Source: Tolypothrix carrinoi HA7290-LM1 (GTDB taxonomy: Bacteria; Cyanobacteriota; Cyanobacteriia; Cyanobacteriales; Nostocaceae). Taken from it: DNA of 33,362 bases. Under the pieces are notes generated by a model. The model saw only the letters and a list, made by a program, of their open reading frames with translations. It was not told where the DNA came from and made no database searches. Where the stretch lies: contig JAHHIK010000092.1 of NCBI GenBank assembly GCA_019358935.1, positions 1 through 33,362 on the forward strand, read 5' to 3'. Position 1 is the first letter of the stretch. Every line of letters begins with the position of its first letter. The position numbers were made by a program, and so were the translations under genes. Shown in pieces: positions 18,820 through 26,808 of this stretch.

Positions 18820-20256
18820 TTGACACTCCCCTGGCTACGTGAACCCAAGCGCAAAGCGCTCATTCCCGTAAAAAGCCAGGGGATTCTTGGTTCCCTGACT
18901 CGCCATTAGACAGCAGGCTCGCGCCAACCGCCCAAGAGGGCAAATCTCCCCAAGCGTAAGTTCCCGTGTGCCCCACGGTACTGAGTCCTAATTTTAAGAT
19001 GTTGATGGATGCATTCATGTCTCTGTCCGCCACATAGCCGCAATGAGGGCAAACATGAGTTCTGGTGGACAAAGACTTTTTAACTTTCTTACCACAATTA
19101 GAACAATTTTGGCTTGTATTGTAAGGAGGAACAGCAACTGTTACCTTCCCGTACTTGTGTCCAAAATATTCTAACCAAGCTCGAAAAGTTGACCAGCCAA
19201 CATCAGATATTGACTTAGCTAGATGTCGATTACGTAGCAAGCCCTTCACATTTAAGTCTTCATAAGCTACCAAATCGTTAGATTGGATGACGGAGTATGC
19301 CAGTCTCTTGCAATACTCTTTTCGTTGCCTACTTACTCTCAGATGCTTACGGGCATATCGATTTCTAGCTTTTTGGTAGTTGGTTGATTGTGGTTTTTTG
19401 GCTTTCTTCCTGGCTTTATCGTACTTCTTGGACTTTTTACGATTAGCGCGGTTTAACTGTTTCTCAGACTTACGGTAAAACTTGGGTGATGGTTCTACAT
19501 TGCCTTTGTTATCAGCAATGAAGTACTTTAAACCCAAGTCAATACCTACTACTTGCCCTGTCGGTTGTGTCTCAACTTTCAGGTCAATATCAATCGCAAA
19601 TTGAGCGTAGTACCCGTCAGCACGACGTACTAAACGGACACGCTTAATCTGTTTGATGTCGTAAGAGTTAAGGTCATAGGTTCCCTTTAATTTCAAGGTT
19701 CCTATTCCCTTTTTGTCCCTAAAGGTTATGGTTTTGCTATTATTTGAAAGTGCCCAGCCGCTGGTCTTGTATTCAACGGAACGGCAGTACTTTTTGAATT
19801 TCGGAAAACCTTTTTTACCCTTAACTTTTTTCTTGCAGTTATCGTAAAACCGAGCTATCGCGCTCCAAGCACGTTCAGCCGCAGATTGTCTAGCCATTGA
19901 ATTGAGTTCATCAGCAATCATGAATTCCGTAGCCAGTACAGCGCAATGTTTGTTCAAAGCGTACTTGTCAACTTTCTTGTCCTTGTTATCCATCCAGTAG
20001 CGTAAACATTTGTTCTGGATGAATTGCGAAGTACGAATGGCATCATCAATTGCCTTATACTGCTTGTCTTTTCCTTTGCATTTAAACTCGTAAATTATCA
20101 TTTGGCTCGACCAACCAACTACATATTTATGCTAGCAAAAATAGCATAAACTGTGTGAAAATACCAAAAAGATAGGAACATGGCGCTTGATTAATCCTGC
20201 CTGAAAGTGGTTTTCATCCCTTGGCTAAAGCCGAAGGGTTTCCAACCTACCCCCTT
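18820..20256 (-). mobile_element. IS200/IS605-family, tnpB-only (IS1341-like) element
   Basis: On the minus strand: TTAT|AAGGGGGTAGGTTGGAAA, then the left-end hairpin CCCTTCGGC-TTTA-GCCAAGGG, then tnpB, then the right end GAAT-CCCCTGGCT...AGCCAGGGG-AGTGTCAA. No tnpA is present and no HIP1 site lies inside. Confidence 0.85.
18860..20101 (-). CDS. tnpB: RNA-guided endonuclease TnpB
   Basis: RuvC-I GIDLG, RuvC-II YEDL, zinc finger CSNC..CPHC, RuvC-III DRDMNAS and AKSISDVGWSTF. All three catalytic acidic residues are present. Confidence 0.95.
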   Translation of the reverse strand: MIIYEFKCKGKDKQYKAIDDAIRTSQFIQNKCLRYWMDNKDKKVDKYALNKHCAVLATEFMIADELNSMARQSAAERAWSAIARFYDNCKKKVKGKKGFPKFKKYCRSVEYKTSGWALSNNSKTITFRDKKGIGTLKLKGTYDLNSYDIKQIKRVRLVRRADGYYAQFAIDIDLKVETQPTGQVVGIDLGLKYFIADNKGNVEPSPKFYRKSEKQLNRANRKKSKKYDKARKKAKKPQSTNYQKARNRYARKHLRVSRQRKEYCKRLAYSVIQSNDLVAYEDLNVKGLLRNRHLAKSISDVGWSTFRAWLEYFGHKYGKVTVAVPPYNTSQNCSNCGKKVKKSLSTRTHVCPHCGYVADRDMNASINILKLGLSTVGHTGTYAWGDLPSWAVGASLLSNGESGNQESPGFLRE

Positions 20257-20341
20257 ATAACAAAAAAATGCGAATATTGTCTGCTTTGCTGCAAAAAATC
20301 GATTTTTGATTTATTTCTGAATTGGGGAATTTGCGATCGCT

Positions 20342-21007
20342 TTATCTGTTAGAAGCTAATTTATCAGCAATGCGAGTAGTTTCTGGTAGCCGATATTTTG
20401 GCGTGCAACGCAATACATAGTCAATAGCCGTTGGTAGACTGACGCGATGACCGCTGGAGATATATAGTGGTTTTACTTTGGTACGCGATCGTAAAACGGC
20501 GCCAATCGTTTCACCCTTATGTATAAGTGGTTGCCAACTGCCTTTGGTTTCTGGTACTATTTCATGTTTACCAACCAGCAAGGATTTTGCTACACCAATT
20601 GTCGGTATATCCACAAGTACACCCAAATGACAAGCTATGCCAAATCTCCGAGGATGAGCGATTCCCTGACCATCACAGAGAATAATATCTGGTATTGTAG
20701 TAATCTTTTCTAAAGCGTCGAGTACAGCCGGAATTTCGCGAAATGAAAGGAAACCAGGAATGTAAGGAAATGTTGTGGGACGATACGCTAAACTCGTCTC
20801 GATGACTTGCAAATCGGGAAAACTGAGTACCGCTACTGCTGCCCGACTAATCGTCCCGTCTGCTTCAAAACCCATGTCTACCCCAGCAACATACTGAACT
20901 GGTTCTTTAAATTTATCTTCGGTAATTACCTCAGCTTGGAGTTGTTCTTGGATAGCTATAGCTTCATCTAGTGTTAGTTGCCAAGCATGACGTTGATAAA
21001 TTTTCAT
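20342..21007 (-). CDS. nfi: Endonuclease V (deoxyinosine 3' endonuclease)
   Basis: VAGVDMGF, FPYIPGFLSFRE, DGQGIAHPRRFGIACHLG, IGVAKS, PLYISSGH and YRLPETTRIAD motifs. Confidence 0.97.
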   Translation of the reverse strand: MKIYQRHAWQLTLDEAIAIQEQLQAEVITEDKFKEPVQYVAGVDMGFEADGTISRAAVAVLSFPDLQVIETSLAYRPTTFPYIPGFLSFREIPAVLDALEKITTIPDIILCDGQGIAHPRRFGIACHLGVLVDIPTIGVAKSLLVGKHEIVPETKGSWQPLIHKGETIGAVLRSRTKVKPLYISSGHRVSLPTAIDYVLRCTPKYRLPETTRIADKLASNR

Positions 21008-21143
21008 GTTTAAATAAGTTTGAGTTTAAAGTTTTTTCCGAAATCGTTACCCGCAAGAGTGTTTTTACTGATGTTACTGATGGAAAAATCTTTTTCGCCT
21101 GACACTAAAGCAAAACTATATCACTCAATTTAGCAGAGAAAAT

Positions 21144-22004
21144 ATGGAAAGTTTGAGAAACAATAATACTAATAACCATCATCACGCATTGTACCTTGTC
21201 GGCGGAATAGTTTTATTAGTTTTAGCAATTATTTTTCGTCCCTTTAGCATCGTGAATGCAGGTGAACGAGGAGTTGTGATGCAATTTGGCAAAGTTCAAG
21301 ATAGAGTTTTTGATGAAGGTATCCATCCTATTACGCCAATTGTCACATCAGTTAAAAACATCAGCATTCGCATTCAAAATACTAGTTTTAAAGCTGATGC
21401 TACTTCCAAAGACCTCCAAAAAATGACAGCAGAAATCGCTGTTAACTGGAACATTGACCCGACGCGAGTGAATAAAGTTTATCAAAAAATTGGAGATGAG
21501 CAACAAATCATTACAACAATAATCGCTCCCGCTGTTTCCGAAGTTTTAAAAGCAGCAATTTCTCAAAAAAGTACAGAAGAAGTTATTACCGAAAGGGCAG
21601 AAATAAAAGCAGAACTTGATACACAACTTAAAAATCGTCTAGCGCCTTATGGTGTAATTGTCGATGATGTATCTATAATAAATTTCGCTTTCCCTGAAGA
21701 GTTTAGCAAAGCTGTAGAAGCCAGACAAATAGCAGAACAACAAGCAAGACTTGCAGAATTTAATGCTGATAAAGCAGCACAAGAAGCTCAAGCAAACATC
21801 AACCGCGCTAAAGGAGAAGCAGAAGCGCAAAAATTACAAGAAAAAACTTTAACGCCAGCGTTTTTACAGAAGCAAGCGATAGAAAAATGGGATGGTAAGT
21901 TTCCGATGGTGATGACTGGTGATGGGAAATTACCGATGATTAATATTACTACTGCTACTTCGACTAATAATGCTACTATGTCTTCCCAGCAAAAGCAGAA
22001 ATAA
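21144..22004 (+). CDS. Prohibitin/SPFH (band 7) family membrane protein
   Basis: N-terminal TM helix, VNAGERGVVMQFG, SKDLQ, EFSKAVEARQIAEQQA, AKGEAEAQ and IEKWDGKFP. Confidence 0.92.
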   Translation: MESLRNNNTNNHHHALYLVGGIVLLVLAIIFRPFSIVNAGERGVVMQFGKVQDRVFDEGIHPITPIVTSVKNISIRIQNTSFKADATSKDLQKMTAEIAVNWNIDPTRVNKVYQKIGDEQQIITTIIAPAVSEVLKAAISQKSTEEVITERAEIKAELDTQLKNRLAPYGVIVDDVSIINFAFPEEFSKAVEARQIAEQQARLAEFNADKAAQEAQANINRAKGEAEAQKLQEKTLTPAFLQKQAIEKWDGKFPMVMTGDGKLPMINITTATSTNNATMSSQQKQK

Positions 22005-22033
22005 GACGTACAGATGCAAATAATTTTACCCTC

Positions 22034-22060
22034 ACCCCTCTCCTTGCATTGGAAAGGGGT
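22034..22060. terminator. Hairpin between convergent genes
   Basis: ACCCCTCTCC-N7-GGAAAGGGGT stem with one mismatch. Confidence 0.55.
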
Positions 22061-22070
22061 AATAGAATTC

Positions 22071-23180
22071 TCACGTTAATGCTAGAGAATTAGGTAACAA
22101 AGAATCCAATAAAGTATCAATACTGCTATCAGATAAATTTGGTATAGATAGCAGGCGATCGGCTTTGGTAAAGTCCCGTTTTATTGACTGTCTATAGGTA
22201 GGGTCATAGTGGTATTGCAATATATCTTGCACAAATGATTCCCAATTTCCGGCATCAATCAACTGATACCAGTGACATAATTTGTCCCAACCATAACGAG
22301 ATTTAAACTTTTCCAGCTTCCATTTTAAAATATCGGCACGATCTAGCAGATGCGGATATTCTTCTAAAAGAAATTTTACTCTAGCAGCTATCGGTATTTG
22401 AATTTCTACACAGTTAGCCTGTTTCATTTTCTCCCATAAAAATCGGGGTAAATAAATATTGCCGATTTTTTGGCTTTCTGATTCTACCCACACTGGTTGA
22501 TGTGGATTGAAGTTTTGTAACTGTTCTAGTAGCAACGATTCAAAGTATTTTTGTGAAGGTTGATTTGAAACTTTTCCTTGCCATTCTTCCCCCAGCAGAG
22601 AACCGCGATGGTTGGCTAAAGCTTCTAAATCTAAAACTTGAGCACCACGAGTTAAACGCATCTGGTGTAAGATACGTGTTTTACCACTACCAGTTAAACC
22701 GCACAATACTTGATAAGTAAATTTTTGTGACAAATCTTCGATTTGCTGGCGAACATAGGCGCGATAAGTTTTGTAACCACCTTCGAGTAATGTGACTCGC
22801 CAACCAATTTGCGATAGTACCGAAGCCATGCTACCAGAACGCTGTCCACCGCGCCAGCAGTAGACTAGAGGACGGTACTTTTTATCTTTTGTGGCAAAAT
22901 ATTCTGTTAGATGTTGGGAGATGTTTTTTGATACTAAAGCAGCCCCAATTTTCCGAGCGGTGAAGGGGTTGATTTGTTTATATATCGTTCCCACTTCAGC
23001 ACGTTCGTCATCATTCAGCACTGGTAAATTGATTGCTTTGGGGATGTGGTCTTCGGCAAATTCGCTAGGGGAACGAACATCAATAATTTCACTATAAGAT
23101 TCAGACCAAGGCTTTTGGGTATATGTAGGTAAAGGTGTCATTGCAGTCAAACCTATCTTTCTTAATTGTGGCACTCCCAT
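22071..23180 (-). CDS. mnmH: tRNA 2-selenouridine(34) synthase / geranyltransferase MnmH (SelU)
   Basis: Rhodanese domain IDVRSPSEFAEDHIP with YCWRGGQRS, P-loop GLTGSGKT, LDLEALANHRGS, ESESQKIG and HYDPTY. The start may be 23141. Confidence 0.93.
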   Translation of the reverse strand: MGVPQLRKIGLTAMTPLPTYTQKPWSESYSEIIDVRSPSEFAEDHIPKAINLPVLNDDERAEVGTIYKQINPFTARKIGAALVSKNISQHLTEYFATKDKKYRPLVYCWRGGQRSGSMASVLSQIGWRVTLLEGGYKTYRAYVRQQIEDLSQKFTYQVLCGLTGSGKTRILHQMRLTRGAQVLDLEALANHRGSLLGEEWQGKVSNQPSQKYFESLLLEQLQNFNPHQPVWVESESQKIGNIYLPRFLWEKMKQANCVEIQIPIAARVKFLLEEYPHLLDRADILKWKLEKFKSRYGWDKLCHWYQLIDAGNWESFVQDILQYHYDPTYRQSIKRDFTKADRLLSIPNLSDSSIDTLLDSLLPNSLALT

Positions 23181-23388
23181 AACTTTTAAGCGGGATGATG
23201 GGATATGGCGAATGAGTGCAATTGTAAAGAAAGCTGCGATTGATTGGTTGTTGGGCGAGAGGTATTATTTAATCGTTTATGTGAGATTTCTAGTTTGTTC
23301 TGATACAGCCGAATAGACGTGAAAATGGCGATGTCTAAGCTGAAAGTGCGCGATCGCATCGTCTGAGTTTACCTAACCATTAATTTAA

Positions 23389-24486
23389 ATGAAGCGGAGG
23401 ATGGGTTATATGAAAAAGTTTGGATTACCTATATGGTTTCCTTATCCTAATTCCTGGTTAAGTGCTTTAATGTTATCTGTGCTGATGACTGCGTTTGTCA
23501 ATACTATTAGACGCAATAGTGAATTGTTGTTGAATCTGGCTAGATGGTCAAACAGACCGGAACAATTTATCATCTGGCTGATTTTGTTACTTATACTACC
23601 AATTCCGGCGATCGCCTTTTTGCATCACTTTTTTCTCAGTCGCTTTGTTTCTGCAATTCCCGGTGAAAAAGTCAGCAAAATTCAAGGTTTTTTTCCAGGA
23701 ATAATCAGTTGGTGGGAAAGTTTATATAGTTGGCTTGTATTTATTCTGTCAACTTTAGCCGCAACGTTGTTTTGTACCCCTTTTCTACCTTTATTTAATC
23801 TCAACTACGAGAAAATCATTACCAACTACAGTTTCATTGACAGAAACATACAAACAATCTTTGCTGTAGTCTGGCTGATTAATGCGGCTTTAATTTACCA
23901 GATTGGGTATTTATTTAAGTGTCGCTTGGTTTATGGTGATTCTGTTGATAATACAGTAGAAAATCCTAAGTTGGATGCATCTCCCCAAATTGAGACTGAC
24001 AGCATGGGAGATGAAACTATTTCAACGCAGATGCAAACAAATGAAGAGTTACCAGCTAAAAAGCCAACTTTTTTGAGCTTTCTTGCCAAGCATGGTAAAT
24101 CACCAAAGAGAATATTTACAATTATTTTGATTCCTTTGGTGGCTGCGTGGATATATTTGTTTGCCAAGTTACCAGAGGTTCAAAAAACTGCAAATTTAGC
24201 AGAACAAATTAGATTATCTGTTTCTTCTGAAGCTACACCAGTTAATTCTAAATCTCTTGAGGATGATACTTTTGAAAAAGGACTTAGCAAAGGTAAAAGT
24301 GCAGCAAAACTAGCTAGAATTGCAGAATCTCAAGATGAATGGAAGATGGTTGAGAATATGTGGAAAGAAGCGATATTTTTGATGAATTCTGTGCCATCTT
24401 CAAGTCCTGATTATGCATTGTCTCAGCAAAAAATTACACAATATCAGGTTTATTTGGATTTTGCAAAACAAAGTGGTGGTAAGTAA
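23389..24486 (+). CDS. Hypothetical multi-TM membrane protein with a cyanobacterial C-terminal helical domain
   Basis: WFPYPNSW N-terminus, several hydrophobic helices, and the C-terminal SAAKLA..SQDEW....WKEAI.LM.SVP.SSPDY..SQQKI.QYQ domain. Confidence 0.8.
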   Translation: MKRRMGYMKKFGLPIWFPYPNSWLSALMLSVLMTAFVNTIRRNSELLLNLARWSNRPEQFIIWLILLLILPIPAIAFLHHFFLSRFVSAIPGEKVSKIQGFFPGIISWWESLYSWLVFILSTLAATLFCTPFLPLFNLNYEKIITNYSFIDRNIQTIFAVVWLINAALIYQIGYLFKCRLVYGDSVDNTVENPKLDASPQIETDSMGDETISTQMQTNEELPAKKPTFLSFLAKHGKSPKRIFTIILIPLVAAWIYLFAKLPEVQKTANLAEQIRLSVSSEATPVNSKSLEDDTFEKGLSKGKSAAKLARIAESQDEWKMVENMWKEAIFLMNSVPSSSPDYALSQQKITQYQVYLDFAKQSGGK

Positions 24487-24490
24487 CCGA

Positions 24491-24536
24491 CGACTGAAGT
24501 CGCGGCTACAAGAACAAAGTCCGCCTGCGCGGACTT
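24491..24536. repeat. GTAG-type REP-like two-hairpin element
   Basis: CGACTGAAGTCG-CGGCTAC (GTAGCCGCGACTTCAGTCG on the minus strand) followed by AAGTCCGC-CTGC-GCGGACTT. Confidence 0.75.
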
Positions 24537-24666
24537 CCAGAGTTTTGAGTGAATATACGTAATAAAGAGCGTGATTAACTAAAAATATAGACAATGTTAA
24601 TCGCGTCTTTAAAATGGGAATCCTGAGAATGGAGAATTAATTTTCAGGTTTTCACTTTTATTGGTT

Positions 24667-24930
24667 ATGACACAGCCGAATATGCCTAAGCTTGGTAAGC
24701 AAAAGCTGCAAAAGTTCCAATGGTCTGCATGGTTTCCTTACCCTAGTTCGTTATTCAGGGCGATTATTTTAGTTCCGATAGCTTTTCCTGGCGCACGTTT
24801 AATAGTCTTTGGATTTGGACTAGCTATTATATCTGCTATAGGAAACAGCCTTGCTCTATTTATATTGTCTATTGTAGAGTATCAGCGTAATCTAAGTTAC
24901 GCTCAAAAAAATGCTGTAGGTGGTAAGTAA
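24667..24930 (+). pseudogene. Internally deleted paralog of the upstream membrane-protein gene
   Basis: N-terminal WFPYPSSLFRA matches upstream WFPYPNSWLSA. C-terminal EYQRNLSYAQKNAVGGK matches upstream QYQVYLDFAKQSGGK. The whole ORF is only about 87 aa. Confidence 0.7.
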
Positions 24931-25003
24931 GCTATTCGCTCTTTTTCCTCAGCTAGAAAAACAAGTGCGATCGCACTCCTTCTCAACTAAAATAGAAAAT
25001 ACT

Positions 25004-25213
25004 ATGAACATCAAAAGCTTTACTGCTATTGTTTATAAAGAAGAAGATATGTATGTTGCCGAATGTCCTGAAGTCGGTACAGTTGACCAAGGGGAAACTA
25101 TTGAAGAGGCTCTTGCTAATCTCAAAGAAGCCACTAAACTATATTTATAAGAGTGTCCCTTACCTGAAACAAATCCAAGGTTTGTAACTAGCATCCAGGT
25201 TAGTTATGCCTAA
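25004..25213 (+). pseudogene. hicB: HicB-family antitoxin with a premature stop; cognate hicA apparently deleted
   Basis: FTAIVYKEEDMYVAECPEVGTVDQGETIEEALANLKEATKLYL, then TAA at 25148-25150, then in frame ECPLPETNPRFVTSIQVSYA-TAA ending at 25213. An overlapping ATGCCTAA at 25206 looks like a hicA start, but no HicA follows. Confidence 0.8.
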
Positions 25214-25257
25214 TACACTCCCAATCAAATATTTGAAATAGTTTAAGAGGTCTAAAC

Positions 25258-25677
25258 ATGAAAAGTGACCGTGAGAGAGAAGAAATAATCAAGGCTATTA
25301 ACGTACTGCTAAACCAAGCTGACGATACCGATTTAGATAATATTCTGGCATTTTTACAACATATCGAAAATATCGAAGATGAAGCAGATATCAAAGCCAT
25401 AAGAGCGGCTAGAAACGAAGCAAAAATACCTGACGAGCAAGTGGTTAAAAAAATATTTACCAGAAGAGAAAATCTTAGAGCGATCGCCTACAGTATGGAC
25501 TTGCTGATACCAGGATTTTATTTTTGGTGTCCATATTTCACTATTAGAATTGGCGGTGCAATACCCGATGATAACCCATACAAATATCCTGGTAAAATTC
25601 ACAGTTCTACAGGTATCGGGATAGTCCTACCAGGATACAAAATATTTACAAGTTATCAAGATAGCTATGACGCTTGA
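25258..25677 (+). CDS. Hypothetical protein with an antitoxin-like acidic helical N-terminal half
   Basis: AGAGG RBS. IENIEDEADIKAIRAARNE resembles cyanobacterial antitoxin motifs. The C-terminal half is aromatic/Gly-rich and unassigned. Confidence 0.65.
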   Translation: MKSDREREEIIKAINVLLNQADDTDLDNILAFLQHIENIEDEADIKAIRAARNEAKIPDEQVVKKIFTRRENLRAIAYSMDLLIPGFYFWCPYFTIRIGGAIPDDNPYKYPGKIHSSTGIGIVLPGYKIFTSYQDSYDA

Positions 25678-25894
25678 TAAACATATAATACAGGGTTTAG
25701 CAGCATTTACCAGTAAAACGTTACCGGCAAGCGAGTTTGAAAAACTGATGATTAATGCTGGATATTTTGAAGTAGGAACCGCACCCGCGCAAGGTGGGAG
25801 AGTAAAAGTATGGTGGTCACACGATAATTATCCTAGAGTTGAATCTATCTACAGTCCCAATAAAAGTATTGTGTTGACTGCTTATCATGTTTAA
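25667..25894 (+). CDS. Small hypothetical protein (75 aa), possibly toxin-like
   Basis: Overlaps the upstream gene by 11 nt. Alpha-then-beta pattern ending IVLTAYHV. Confidence 0.6.
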   Translation: MTLDKHIIQGLAAFTSKTLPASEFEKLMINAGYFEVGTAPAQGGRVKVWWSHDNYPRVESIYSPNKSIVLTAYHV

Positions 25895-26099
25895 AACGAC
25901 ATTTAAAAAGATGTTATTTTTTAATATTAAAAAATGCTTTAAATATGAATAAGTATGAACTTGAAAAAAATCAATCATAATGAGTTTAGATAAAATTTGT
26001 GAGCGCGATCGCGTACTCGCGCCTTTCCGTTGGTATCGCTCTTGCTCTAGGCTATTGTTGTGCAAGGCGGTATTCCTAGATTAATCAGGATGAAAAATC

Positions 26100-26330
26100 A
26101 TGCTTAAGGGACTCAGACAAAAAGCGATAGTAAAACCTGGTGGTGTAGTAGAAATCTGTTCTCCAGAACTTCCTACTGGCGCAACTGTGGAGATTATAGT
26201 ACTTATATCACCCACCGATCAATCTAAAAAGTCTTTAACCAGCTTTATTGGCAGTGCAAAAGGCAGTTTTGCTACACCAGAAGAAGTAGATAAGTTTATT
26301 AGCCAAGAACGAGATGCATGGGAATCCTAG
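26100..26330 (+). CDS. Putative antitoxin (VapB-like partner of the PIN toxin)
   Basis: Beta-rich N-terminus VKPGGVVEI.SPELP.G.TVEIIVL and C-terminal FIGSAKGSFATPEEVDKFISQERDAWE. Overlaps the PIN gene by 13 nt. Confidence 0.75.
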   Translation: MLKGLRQKAIVKPGGVVEICSPELPTGATVEIIVLISPTDQSKKSLTSFIGSAKGSFATPEEVDKFISQERDAWES

Positions 26331-26764
26331 ATGCTATTCAAGGCAACCGAGTTTATCTTGATACCAATATCTGGATCTATGCCTTAGAAGGATATCCAGT
26401 ATTCATCCACGATTTAACGGAGTTATTTCAAAGTATTGATCGGGGTAATTTGAGTGCTGTAACCAGTGAGCTGTCACTATCTGAAGCATTGGTCAAACCG
26501 TTCCAAAATCAAGACTTAGCTAAACAAACTATATACAAACAGCTTATCAGTAGCTCACAGAATTTAACAGTAATTCCTGTCAACCGTGATGTATTAATTG
26601 AAGCTGCTCGACTTCGTGCCAGCGTTAACATCAAATTACCAGATGCTATCCATGCAGCAACAGCATTGTTGACTCAATGTTCCACCTTTGTAACTAATGA
26701 CCAGCGCTTTCAAAATGTTCCTGGATTAACAGTAGTTTTGCTGTCTCAAATTACTTCTTTGTAG
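26318..26764 (+). CDS. vapC: VapC-family PIN-domain toxin
   Basis: VYLDTNIWIY, SELSLSEALVKP, LPDAIHAATA and FVTND: the conserved PIN acidic residues are present. Confidence 0.9.
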   Translation: MGILDAIQGNRVYLDTNIWIYALEGYPVFIHDLTELFQSIDRGNLSAVTSELSLSEALVKPFQNQDLAKQTIYKQLISSSQNLTVIPVNRDVLIEAARLRASVNIKLPDAIHAATALLTQCSTFVTNDQRFQNVPGLTVVLLSQITSL

Positions 26765-26808
26765 GTAACATACTAGAAGAGAAGCGATTTCACCAATCCT
26801 TGTAAACC

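Noticed and set aside
18860..20101. Catalytically dead TnpB repressor or Cas12f-type effector
   Set aside because: All RuvC acidic residues are present, both IS ends are present, and there is no CRISPR array.
20102..20256. tnpA transposase upstream of tnpB
   Set aside because: Only about 155 bp lie between the left end and the tnpB start, with no HUH/Tyr ORF.
24920..25003. N-terminal extension of hicB from the GTG at 24920
   Set aside because: The extension crosses the upstream stop codon and a HIP1 site. HicB similarity starts at ATG 25004.
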